Below, in pieces: positions 56,878-64,000 of a stretch of DNA of 64,000 nt. Numbering within the stretch: the first letter of the stretch is position 1; every line of letters starts with the position of its first letter. Below the pieces are notes generated by a model, which was not told the DNA's origin, did no database searches, and was given only the letters and a program-made list of their open reading frames with translations. This DNA is from Chloroflexota bacterium (GTDB lineage: Bacteria; Chloroflexota; Dehalococcoidia; SM23-28-2; JACOUE01): positions 1,067-65,066 of the forward strand of contig JACOUE010000006.1 of the NCBI GenBank assembly GCA_016178045.1, read 5' to 3'. A program made the position numbers and the translations under genes.

Positions 56878-57888
56878 CTACTCTCCCTTCAGCCGCACCA
56901 GCCGCTCCTGCCGGCTCGAGCGATAGGCGGCCTCCACCAGCTCGTGGACGGCCAGGGCGTCCTGGCCGTTCCCCTGGGGCTCGCGCTCCTCGCGGATCGC
57001 CCCCAGGAACTCCTTCCACTCTTCCTGCCAAGAGGGGTCCTCGCCCCGGAACTCGATTACCTCTTCCCCCACCGGCCCGAGGAACTCGCGCCGGCCCAGC
57101 GCCGCCCGCTCCGTGCCGTACGTCCCGCCGAGGCCCTCCACCTGGACGTAGCCCTCGCCGCCGAACAGCTCGAAGGAGAAGACGTTCTTCCACTGCGTCC
57201 AGCTGACGTGGACGGACGCTACCTGGGCGGCCGTCGTCCGCAGGAGGACAAAGGCGTTGTCCTCCAGCGGCTGTATGGGCCAGTAGGCGGTCGAGACGAA
57301 GGCGAAGACCTGGGCGAAGTCCCCCAGGAACCAGCGGCAGAGGTCCAGCACGTGGAAGCCCTGGTCCATCAGCTCGCCGCCGCCGCTGCGGGCGGGGTCG
57401 GCCCGCCACTCCTTCTCGTAGCCGGGCCGGCCGGCGATGCCGTAGCGGCAGCGGAGGAACATCGGCGTCCCGATCCGCCCCTTGTCGAGCCAGCGCCGGG
57501 CCTGGACGACGGCGGGATGATGCCGTAGGTTGCAGACGCACTTGAGGACGCGGCCCGCCCGGACCGCCGCCTGCACGATGCGGCGGGCCTCGGCCGGGTT
57601 GCGGCCCAGAGGCTTCTCGCAGAGGACGTGCTTGCCGTGCTCCAGCGCCGACGCGGCGATCGCGGAGTGCAGGGCGGGCGGCGTGCACACGGCGACCACA
57701 TCGATACCCGGCTGGCGGACCGCCTCTTCCCACCACGCCGTGGGCTCCGCTCCCAGAGGCCCGGCCAGGGCGTTGGCGGCGCTGGCGTCTTCGTCGCACA
57801 CGGCGACGACCCGGCAGCCGTCCAGGCGGCTGACCGTCGCGGCGTGGCGCCGTCCCTGGAGCCCCGCGCCGATGATCGCAACGTTCAT
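56878..57888 (-). CDS. Gfo/Idh/MocA-family NAD(P)-dependent sugar(-nucleotide) oxidoreductase
   Basis: 336 aa. Has MNVAIIGAGLQGRRH and the EKPL motif (HVLCEKPLG). Confidence 0.85.
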   Translation of the reverse strand: MNVAIIGAGLQGRRHAATVSRLDGCRVVAVCDEDASAANALAGPLGAEPTAWWEEAVRQPGIDVVAVCTPPALHSAIAASALEHGKHVLCEKPLGRNPAEARRIVQAAVRAGRVLKCVCNLRHHPAVVQARRWLDKGRIGTPMFLRCRYGIAGRPGYEKEWRADPARSGGGELMDQGFHVLDLCRWFLGDFAQVFAFVSTAYWPIQPLEDNAFVLLRTTAAQVASVHVSWTQWKNVFSFELFGGEGYVQVEGLGGTYGTERAALGRREFLGPVGEEVIEFRGEDPSWQEEWKEFLGAIREEREPQGNGQDALAVHELVEAAYRSSRQERLVRLKGE

Positions 57889-57892
57889 CGCG

Positions 57893-58539
57893 CTACGTCA
57901 GCCGCCGCAGGGTGTAGAGCTCGCCGGCCATGATATCGGGGATCCTGGTGTGCATGCTCTGCCAGTCGTCCCAGCTGGCGCTGATGAGGCGGCCGGTGAG
58001 GCCGTCTGACTCGGGGGAAGCCAGGAACACGGCCAGGGCGGCCGCCTTCTCCGGCGAGCCGCCCATCGCCTTGATCCGCCGCGCCTCCGCCAGGTCCTTG
58101 GCGCCGGCGGCTTCCCCGGCCGCAAGGACCTGCTCGGTCAGGCGAGTGTAGGTAGCGCCCGGGGCGATAGCGTTAACCTGGATATTGTGCTCCTTGAGTT
58201 CGTCGGCCAGGGTCTCCGTGAGACGCACCACCGCGGCCTTGGACGCGGCGTAGGCGCTGAAGTAGGGCCCGCGTTGTTGACCAACACGTCGAACCGTCCG
58301 AACGTGTCCTCCGCTGTCGCCACCAGCGCCTTTACCTCCGCGGGCTCGGAGACGTCGGCGGCGAAAGCCAGGGTGCGCCGGCCGAGATCGCTGGCCTCCG
58401 CCGCCGTTGCTTCTACCTCGGCCTCCGTGCGCGAGGCCAGCACCAGGTCCGCCCCCTCGCGGGCGAAGGCGAGGGCAATCGCTTTGCCGATGCCCCGGCC
58501 GCCGCCGGTGATGAGGGCGACCCGCCCTTCGAGCTTCAC
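57893..58539 (-). pseudogene. Classical SDR with an internal deletion of about 55 codons plus a frameshift
   Basis: N-part (ORF 58138..58539) is good through ...GRFDVLVNNAG, then nonsense. Reading the DNA, the frame of ORF 57893..58231 begins immediately afterwards with YFSAYAASKAAVVRLTETLADEL. NNAG is therefore joined almost directly to YxxxK, and the whole beta4-alpha5-Ser region is missing. Confidence 0.7.
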
Positions 58540-59741
58540 CGCGGCCCCTCGATGCCCGCAGACCGGCCGACGCCGACGTAGGCGAACCCCGCCTGGACTG
58601 CCCGCGCCTGGTCCAGCAGGTTCTGGCAGTCGAAGATCACGGGCCGCCTCATGGCGGTCCTGAGCGAGGCGAGGTCCAGGGCCTCGAACTCAGGCCAGCC
58701 TGTCGCCAGGACGAGGACGTCACTTCCCGAGGCGGCGGCGTAGGGGTCGGCGCACAGATTGAGGCCGCGGCGGCGTATTTCGCCGCGCTCGGCTTTCGGG
58801 TCGTAGGCCTTCACGCGGGCGCCGTCGCGCAGGAGGTCGTCAATGATCGCCAGGGCGGGGGAGCGCCGCAGGGTGCTGGTGCCCGCCTTGTAGGTCAGGC
58901 CGAGGAACCCGACGGTCACGCCCTTAAACGAGGGGTACATCTTCTTCAGCTGCTCCACGACGCGGTGGCTTCGCGCATCGTTGGCCGCCAGGACTCCCTC
59001 GACAAGGTCGGTGCGGCAGCCGGCGCGCTCGCCCAGGTGGCGGAGCGTCTTCAGCTCGCGGGCCAGTGTGCCCCCGGCGAACCCCAGCCCGGGTCGCAGC
59101 GGCGCCTCGGGCCCGATGCGTGAGTCGAGGCGGAGGGCGGCGGCCACGCCGTCGGCGTCGGCGCCCAGCTCCTCGCACAGGGTGGCGATCTCATTGATGA
59201 AGCTGATGCAGGTCGCCACGTAGGCGTTGAGGGCGTGCTTCGCCATCTCGGCGCTCCGCAGGTCCATCTTCACCACGGGGGCACCCAGCGGAGCGAAGAG
59301 GCGTTCGGCCCGGTCCTGCGCGGGGGCGTCGTCGGCGCCGATGATGACCATGTCCGGCTGCAGGAAACGGCGGACGGCATCGCCCAGCTTCAGGTTCTCC
59401 GGGACGCAGGCGATGGGCGGCTCCAGGGCCGGGTTCAGGCGCCGGAGGATCCCCTCGATGCGCTCGCAGGTGCCCAGGGGCACCTGGCTGCTGACGATGA
59501 CCTGAGCGCTCGGCGGCAAAAGCGGCGCAGCCGCCGCGGCGCTCGCCTCGATCTCCGACAGGTCCACCTCGTCGTCCTCGTCGACCGGGGTGTCGAGGGC
59601 GAAGATGACGTACCCAGCCCCAGTGAGGGCACGGCGCAGGTCGGTCGTATAGGTCAGGCGCCCGGCGGCGACATTGGTGGAGATGAGCTCCTGGAGGTCC
59701 GGCTCGAACAGGGGAGGGAGCCCCTTGTTCAGCCGCCGCAC
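58536..59741 (-). pseudogene. UDP-glucose/GDP-mannose 6-dehydrogenase family gene lacking its N-terminal Rossmann GxGxxG segment
   Basis: The 401-aa ORF begins at VRRLNKGLPPLFEPDLQELI, which corresponds to about residue 40 of this family. The beta1-GxGYVG-alphaA part is absent. A truncated LysM sequence in another frame lies directly upstream. The rest looks intact (GFAGGTLARE, LGLTYKAGTS). Confidence 0.55.
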
Positions 59742-60351
59742 CCTGTTGCCGCTGCGATATCAGCGTGAGGTTGTCGCCGGGCGAGACGACGTGGAAGAGC
59801 GGCCGCGCCTGCTCGACCCCCTGCGGGCCGGCCTCGGTTCGCTTTTCCGCTCTCTGCGGCTCTTGTTCGGCTCCCGCCGCCTTGCTTGGGCCCGTACCGT
59901 CCACCCAGAGGCGGAGGGCCCGGTAGGGCGAGGCGTTGCCTTGGCGGTAGAGGAGGAACTGGACCGGCTGCCGTCTGCCCGCTTCGCGCAGGGTGAGGCC
60001 CACCGGCGACTCCCACCGCTCGCCCGACGCCAGCGCCAGCGGGCCGATCTCGGCCCGGCGCTCGCCGTTCACCAGCAGGGAGACGTGGTACACGGTCTCC
60101 TCTCCCTCGCGGTTCGTGAGCCCCACCGTGACGAACGCCTCTTCGCCCACGCGGAGGGCGGCAGGGTAGCCCGCCGCCGTGCCTTCGGGGCCGAGGAGGT
60201 AGAACTCGGTGAACCGCTCGGCCGTGCGGCCGCGCTCGGTGAGGAGGAGGAACACAACGACGGCGGTTCCCGCCGCCAGGGCCAGGAGGGGGATCGCACT
60301 GGCCAGTCCCATAACGGTGAGCTTCGGTAGTGAAAGGTGAACGCGTCGCAA
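59742..60351 (-). pseudogene. DUF1616-like membrane-anchored protein ending in a truncated LysM domain
   Basis: This is the first 200 or so residues of track ORF 59191..60351. It has a TM helix, then FTEFYLLGPEGTAAGYPAALRVGEEAFVTVGLTNREGEETVYHV (DUF1616-like), a linker, then FHVVSPGDNLTLISQR, the first half of a LysM. The ORF then runs out of frame through the dehydrogenase gene. Confidence 0.5.
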
Positions 60352-60492
60352 CTCCGGGAACTCTTCCTGCTGGAGACAAGGATCGGCGGCCTGGAGGCCG
60401 CCGACTGCGCCGGTTGTCGAGGGGAGGAGCCCTGACGGCGCTATCCTCGATTTTACGGCCGGGACGACTCCGGCTTACTGAGCGAACAGGAT

Positions 60493-60521
60493 AATCTACG
60501 TCAGCCCCTGGCCCCCGTCAA
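60493..60521 (-). promoter_or_regulatory. Candidate promoter for the minus-strand glycan operon (TTGACG-17-TAGATT)
   Basis: Minus strand reads cgcTTGACGggggccaggggctgacgTAGATTatcc, about 140 nt upstream of the DUF1616-like start. The leader contains an 8-bp GC hairpin, CGGCGGCCtccaGGCCGCCG. Confidence 0.35.
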
Positions 60522-60570
60522 GCGAATTGGGGCGCCTTCACGCTAACTTCACGCCCTGCACGGGCGCGTC

Positions 60571-61662
60571 TCAACGCACGAGGGCGGCGCGCAGGAGGTG
60601 GAACGACGCCCGCGGCCGGCGCAGCGATATGAGGAGGAGGAGCCCTACGGCTGGCAGGGCCCGCGCCAGCCGCAGGAGTGAGTGCGAAGGATAATCGATG
60701 TCGCCGTAGCGGTTGACGATGGCCTGGAGGCTCTTGCTGCTGAGCGCGGCCACGACCCGGTCGACATCGCCATCGCTGAGGGAGAGGCCGAAACGGCGTA
60801 TGCTCAGGCTCCGGGTCAGCTCCCCGCCGATCTCCCTCTTCCACGCCCTCTCGTAGCGAGAGAGGAATGCCGCCGACACGTCGTCCGGCTCCAGGGCAGC
60901 GACGGCGGTGGCGGCGCAGTGTCGTGCGGCTACAAGGCTGGTGTAAATGCCGCCGCCGGAGAACGGCTTCACCTGCCCGGCCGCGTCTCCTACCAGCATC
61001 ACGTTGTCGGCGAAGGAGCGGGGCGCAAAGGCGGTGGGGATGCTCCCTCCGTACAGACGCGACGGCCTCACGCTGTCGAACAGGTGGGGGAATTCCGCCA
61101 CCAGCCGGCGGTAGCAGGCGATGGGGCGGTGGCTGCCGTGGCAGCCGATGCCGATCCGCACGGTGTCGCCGCCGATGGGGATGATCCAGCCGAACCAGCC
61201 CGGGGCGAGGCCCTGCCCCACGAACACGTGGACGAAGTCTTCCCTCGGCACGCGCAGCGTCCCCTCGATCCCCAGGGCGTGCACCCGGTCGCGGGGCCAG
61301 GGCAGGCCCAGGGAGCGCGCCACCCGCGAGTAGGCGCCGTCGGCGCCGACGACCAGTCGGGTCGTCAGGGTGAATTCACGGCCGTCGGTCTGGCAGCGCA
61401 GGGCGAGGCCGCCGTCGCGTCTCTCGGCGGCGACGAAGCGGGCACGCACCGCCTCTGCCCCGGCGGCGTAGGCCTGCTCGGCCAGCAGCTCGTCCCAGCG
61501 GACGCGGTCGATGGCCACAGCGCGGACGCGGTCGCCCCCCAGAGCCAGCTCGATGCCGCCGGCGGTGTGGATGTAGGCGCCGGTGACGCGGTGGATGTCA
61601 CGGCCGTCGGCGCGAGCGGCAACGGCCGCCCGATCGGCAAGGGCATCGTGAACTACCCACCG
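60571..61662 (-). pseudogene. Geranylgeranyl-reductase-family flavoprotein lacking the N-terminal FAD-binding (GxGxxG) region
   Basis: Track ORF 60571..61518 starts at VAIDRVRWDELLAEQA. The same frame stays homologous-looking for 48 more codons (RWVVHDALADRAAV...GGIELALGGDRVRA) up to an in-frame TAG, with no start codon. Only about 33 nt separate it from the upstream gene stop. Downstream motifs are intact (LVVGADGAYSRVAR, MLVGDAAGQVKPFSGGGI). Confidence 0.55.
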
Positions 61663-61697
61663 CTACGTCGCAGCTTAACCTTTGCGGCACAACCCCC

Positions 61698-62507
61698 TCA
61701 GGTCAGCGTCGGCACGAAGGGCACCACCAGGAACAGCATGATGTTGGTGACGCCGTGCGATAGGCTGACCCCTATTATAGACCCCGTCCTCTTTACCGCC
61801 CATCCGTAAATGAGGGCGATGGCGAAGACGAACGCCACGTCAATCCCGGACCGGTAGCCGATGTGGAGGATGGCGAACACGGCACTTACGTAGAGGACGC
61901 CGGCCCAGCCCAGGGCGGCGGTCGCCGTCTGCTGGAGGACGCCGCGGAACAGCAGTTCCTCCAGGAAGCCGGTGGCGGCGAGGAGGATCAGCGCCGGCAG
62001 GACGAACTGGCGCAGGGCCAGGCCGTCGATGAGGGGATCGGGGCGCAGGATGTGGTACTCGGCGATGCCCAGGCCGCACCCGAGAAGGACGACCGGCAGG
62101 TGCCAGCCCGACCAGCGCAGCCGCAGGGCGACGTCGGCGGGCCGCAGGTCCAGCGACGCCATCACTACGACGGTCGCTGTGAACACGGGCACGCCGGCCA
62201 TCAGGTACCAGTACGCCTGATCGAAGCGGGCCAGGGGCAGCGAGAGGCTGAGGATGCGGATGAGGGGAACCAGGGTCAAAGAAAACAACAGCCGGTTCAG
62301 GGGCTCGGTCAGAGGTGCCCCGGCTGCGCCCCGGCCGGCCGCGACGAAGAGGGCGGACAGGAGGAGGCCGTGGAGGGCCAGCCCCAGGACCGCGTTGACG
62401 TAAGTGGTGGCGATCTCGGCGGCGGCGAAGAGGGCCAGGGTGGCCAGTGCCACAGCGGCGGGGAGCCGGTTCGCCCTCGCTGGCCGTACCGCCTCGGCGA
62501 CGGCCAC
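61698..62507 (-). CDS. CPBP-family (CAAX/Abi-type) intramembrane glutamic endopeptidase
   Basis: Has motifs FLEELLFRG (EExxxR), FAILH and SLSHGVTN. The start is proposed at a GTG preceded by GGGAGG, 41 codons into track ORF 61698..62630, which removes the overlap with the upstream gene. The start remains uncertain. Confidence 0.7.
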   Translation of the reverse strand: MAVAEAVRPARANRLPAAVALATLALFAAAEIATTYVNAVLGLALHGLLLSALFVAAGRGAAGAPLTEPLNRLLFSLTLVPLIRILSLSLPLARFDQAYWYLMAGVPVFTATVVVMASLDLRPADVALRLRWSGWHLPVVLLGCGLGIAEYHILRPDPLIDGLALRQFVLPALILLAATGFLEELLFRGVLQQTATAALGWAGVLYVSAVFAILHIGYRSGIDVAFVFAIALIYGWAVKRTGSIIGVSLSHGVTNIMLFLVVPFVPTLT

Positions 62508-62539
62508 CTCGCCTCCCGCCGCAACAGCCGCGCCCGCGA

Positions 62540-63097
62540 TCAGGACCTCGCTCGACGCCGGGCCATGACCAGCAGGGCGCCGCCGCCGGTCAGGGCGGCG
62601 CCGCCCGCCGCCAGCAGGGCGATGAGCCACACGGCGGGCCCGCCGCCTCCCGCTGCGGGCTCAGAGCCCGTCGATGGGACGCCCTCCTCGCCCTCGCCCA
62701 CCTCAATGGTGAGGCGGGACGTCTTCTCGCCGGAGATCGTTTCGACGATGATGCTGCCGGGCGTCGTGCCGGTGTTCAGGTCAGCGGTGGCTATGCCATC
62801 CTCGTCGGTCGTCTTGGTGATCTTGAGGCTCCCTACCGAGGCGTCGTCCCCCGGCTGCGACACGATCCGGAACGTGACCTCCGCTCCTTCCACCGGGTTC
62901 CCGTCGTTGTCGAGTACGGTAACGGAAAGGGTGACGAGGGAGCCGGTGGCGGCGGTCGTGGCGGACGAGGTGAGGCTCAGGCTGCCCACGGGCGGCGGAT
63001 AGGTTTCCGAGGCGACCGGGGCCGCCGCCAGGGCCAGCGTGGCCACGAGCAGCGTCAGCAAGGCGACCAGGGCCGGGCATCTGAGAGATCTGTGCAT
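62540..63097 (-). CDS. Secreted Big_1 (bacterial Ig-like) domain protein with a C-terminal VPSTG-TM-RRRARS anchoring/sorting signal
   Basis: Start moved 12 codons to MHRSLRCPALVALLTLLVATLALAAAPVA (signal peptide), after GGGAGG. Ig-like core is LVTLSVTVLDNDGNPVEGAEVTFRIV...DEDGIATADL. The C-terminus reads GVPSTGSEPAAGGGGPAVWLIALLAAGGAALTGGGALLVMARRRARS. Confidence 0.7.
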   Translation of the reverse strand: MHRSLRCPALVALLTLLVATLALAAAPVASETYPPPVGSLSLTSSATTAATGSLVTLSVTVLDNDGNPVEGAEVTFRIVSQPGDDASVGSLKITKTTDEDGIATADLNTGTTPGSIIVETISGEKTSRLTIEVGEGEEGVPSTGSEPAAGGGGPAVWLIALLAAGGAALTGGGALLVMARRRARS

Positions 63098-63341
63098 GTG
63101 CTGCCTCCCTTTCTTGTCGCCTCCCTCAGACAAAAGATCGGCGACCTCAGCCGCCGGTTGCTACCGCAGGTCCGAGGCGGGAGGAGCGCTGCCCGTGCCC
63201 GTCAGGCCTCGCGTCTGCGGCCTGGACGACAGTTCTTCGTTGACAGGCTAGCCTAGTCCAAGGCCTAAGGCGTGTCAAGGCGCGTTTCGCCGTCTTTACG
63301 CCTGTTTCACGGTATTCACGCCTTTTTCCGCCCCTGCGCCG

Positions 63342-63371
63342 TTGACACCCCCTCTGGCGCCCTGCTATGTT
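63342..63371 (+). promoter_or_regulatory. Candidate promoter (TTGACA-18-TATGTT) for the small membrane protein gene
   Basis: gccgTTGACAccccctctggcgccctgcTATGTTgtgg, about 45 nt upstream of an AGGAGGG SD and the ATG at 63416. Confidence 0.35.
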
Positions 63372-63415
63372 GTGGTGGTTTCCAGAGCGGGGAGGATGGG
63401 TAGAAGGAGGGACGG

Positions 63416-63655
63416 ATGGTATCGACGGTCACGAGCACCACGGTCACCACGGTAACCCTGCTGGGAATCACCGGCCTCCTTGGCATGGCCGCGGTGATAA
63501 TGCTCATCGCTTACTTGGCGGCCAAAGAGCTGCTGAACGCCTCTCCGAGCCCGACGATGCAAACAGCGGCGCGAAGCCTGAACGTGGCGGTCATACCGCT
63601 GATGGTGGTCTTCGCCACCATCGTGGCGACGCGCGTCATGGATGTCCTCGGCTGA
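63416..63655 (+). CDS. Small (79 aa) two-helix membrane protein, function unknown
   Basis: MVSTVTSTTVTTVTLLGITGLLGMAAVIMLIAYLAAKE...VAVIPLMVVFATIVATRVMDVLG. Has a strong SD (GAAGGAGGG), its own promoter-like element and a strong terminator. Confidence 0.55.
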   Translation: MVSTVTSTTVTTVTLLGITGLLGMAAVIMLIAYLAAKELLNASPSPTMQTAARSLNVAVIPLMVVFATIVATRVMDVLG

Positions 63656-63671
63656 AGCCGCACCCTCAGCA

Positions 63672-63709
63672 GGCAGCGCCCCGACCACCGTCGGGGCGCT
63701 GCCTTTATT
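63672..63709. terminator. Bidirectional intrinsic terminator hairpin
   Basis: GGCAGCGCCCCGAC-cacc-GTCGGGGCGCTGCC is a 14-bp perfect stem followed by TTTATT. It sits between the convergent small membrane gene and the LysM gene, and overlaps the LysM stop codon. Confidence 0.7.
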
Positions 63710-63995
63710 CGGGGAGGCGGAGCACCTGCCCGGGAACGATGACGTTGGGGTCGGGCCCGATGGTCCCGCGGTTGGCCTCGTGGAGGGCCTGCCACGTGAG
63801 GCCGAACCGCTCCGCGATGGCCGAAAGGGTGTCGCCGGCCCGGACGGTGTAGACGCGCCCCGCCGGCTTCGCCGGACGCAGGGCGAGGGCACGCTCGATC
63901 GCCCCCACCCGCTTCTCCAGGGACTTGACCCGGGACAGGAGGTTTTCGTACGTCGGCACCTTCGGTCCTCCCCTAGGAAGGCGGACCGCGGCCAC
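63705..63995 (-). CDS. LysM domain protein (N-terminus may lie beyond the right edge)
   Basis: 96 aa in the window. A coiled segment (YENLLSRVKSLEKRVGAIERAL) is followed by a complete LysM, YTVRAGDTLSAIAERFGLTWQALHEANRG...VPGQVLRLP. Confidence 0.7.
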   Translation of the reverse strand: MAAVRLPRGGPKVPTYENLLSRVKSLEKRVGAIERALALRPAKPAGRVYTVRAGDTLSAIAERFGLTWQALHEANRGTIGPDPNVIVPGQVLRLPE

Positions 63996-64000
63996 CGCCT

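Noticed and set aside
59191-59741. C-terminal two thirds of the 386-aa track ORF 59191..60351, considered as genuine coding sequence (a large LysM fusion protein).
   Set aside because: Beyond ...LTLISQR the translation becomes Pro/Arg/Gly-rich. It overlaps the dehydrogenase gene, which has clear family motifs, out of frame. I interpret it as read-through created by a deletion.
62508-62630. Arg-rich 41-residue N-terminal extension of the CPBP protease ORF (MAHRPAGGGRRRPDRRRRPAG...).
   Set aside because: It overlaps the 3' end of the Big_1 gene by 90 nt and looks like out-of-frame translation. An internal GTG with a GGGAGG SD is more plausible, though the true start is not certain.

Overview
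The window is very GC-rich bacterial chromosomal DNA, roughly two thirds G+C by eye, with codon third positions almost always G/C. I saw no rRNA, tRNA, CRISPR array, transposase or integrase. All family calls come from reading motifs in the supplied translations and in the DNA; no similarity search was run. Refined start codons were placed by residue offsets within track ORFs. Small DNA motifs were hand-counted and may be off by 1-2 nt. The many long Arg/Ala/Gly/Pro-rich ORFs antisense to real genes are high-GC artefacts. Gene content and GGAGG-type ribosome-binding sites (SD) fit a Chloroflexota- or Actinomycetota-like organism, but that is not verifiable here.

Layout:
(1) 1-201: the 5' part of a YHS metal-binding gene that the ORF track misses.
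(2) 0.3-19.7 kb: an acyl-CoA catabolic cluster whose parts list matches sterol or isoprenoid side-chain beta-oxidation. It has a paired acyl-CoA dehydrogenase (ACAD), a split MaoC hydratase, SCP-x type thiolases with DUF35 partners, a short-chain dehydrogenase/reductase (SDR), a thiolase, an acyl-CoA ligase, a crotonase, a TetR regulator, a P450 and a nitronate-monooxygenase-like gene. A perfect 16-bp palindrome sits inside a near-consensus promoter.
(3) 19.8-21.7 kb: an atypical LuxR response regulator, an RDD protein and a frame-broken membrane gene.
(4) 21.7-60.4 kb: a very large cell-surface glycan locus. A near-consensus promoter and a roughly 390-nt structured leader precede a 32-kb, about 30-gene, translationally coupled plus-strand operon. 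That operon encodes a GDP-glycero-manno-heptose module with an embedded transaldolase and duplicated GmhA and GHMP kinase. It also encodes sugar-nucleotide tailoring enzymes (C-methyltransferase, SDRs, DegT aminotransferase, Fcl-like, ColD-like), six GT-B glycosyltransferases (GTs), five further methyltransferases (MTs), a Wzx flippase, DUF4012, a 741-aa polytopic GT-C-like protein and two P-loop kinases. A shorter minus-strand operon converges on it.
(5) 60.5-64 kb: a truncated geranylgeranyl-reductase-like gene, a CPBP intramembrane protease next to a VPSTG-anchored Ig-domain surface protein, a self-contained small membrane protein cassette and a LysM gene.

The most unusual sequence-level observation is that at least five genes between 28 and 62 kb carry clean deletions of about 0.15-0.3 kb, internal or N-terminal, that remove catalytic cores.
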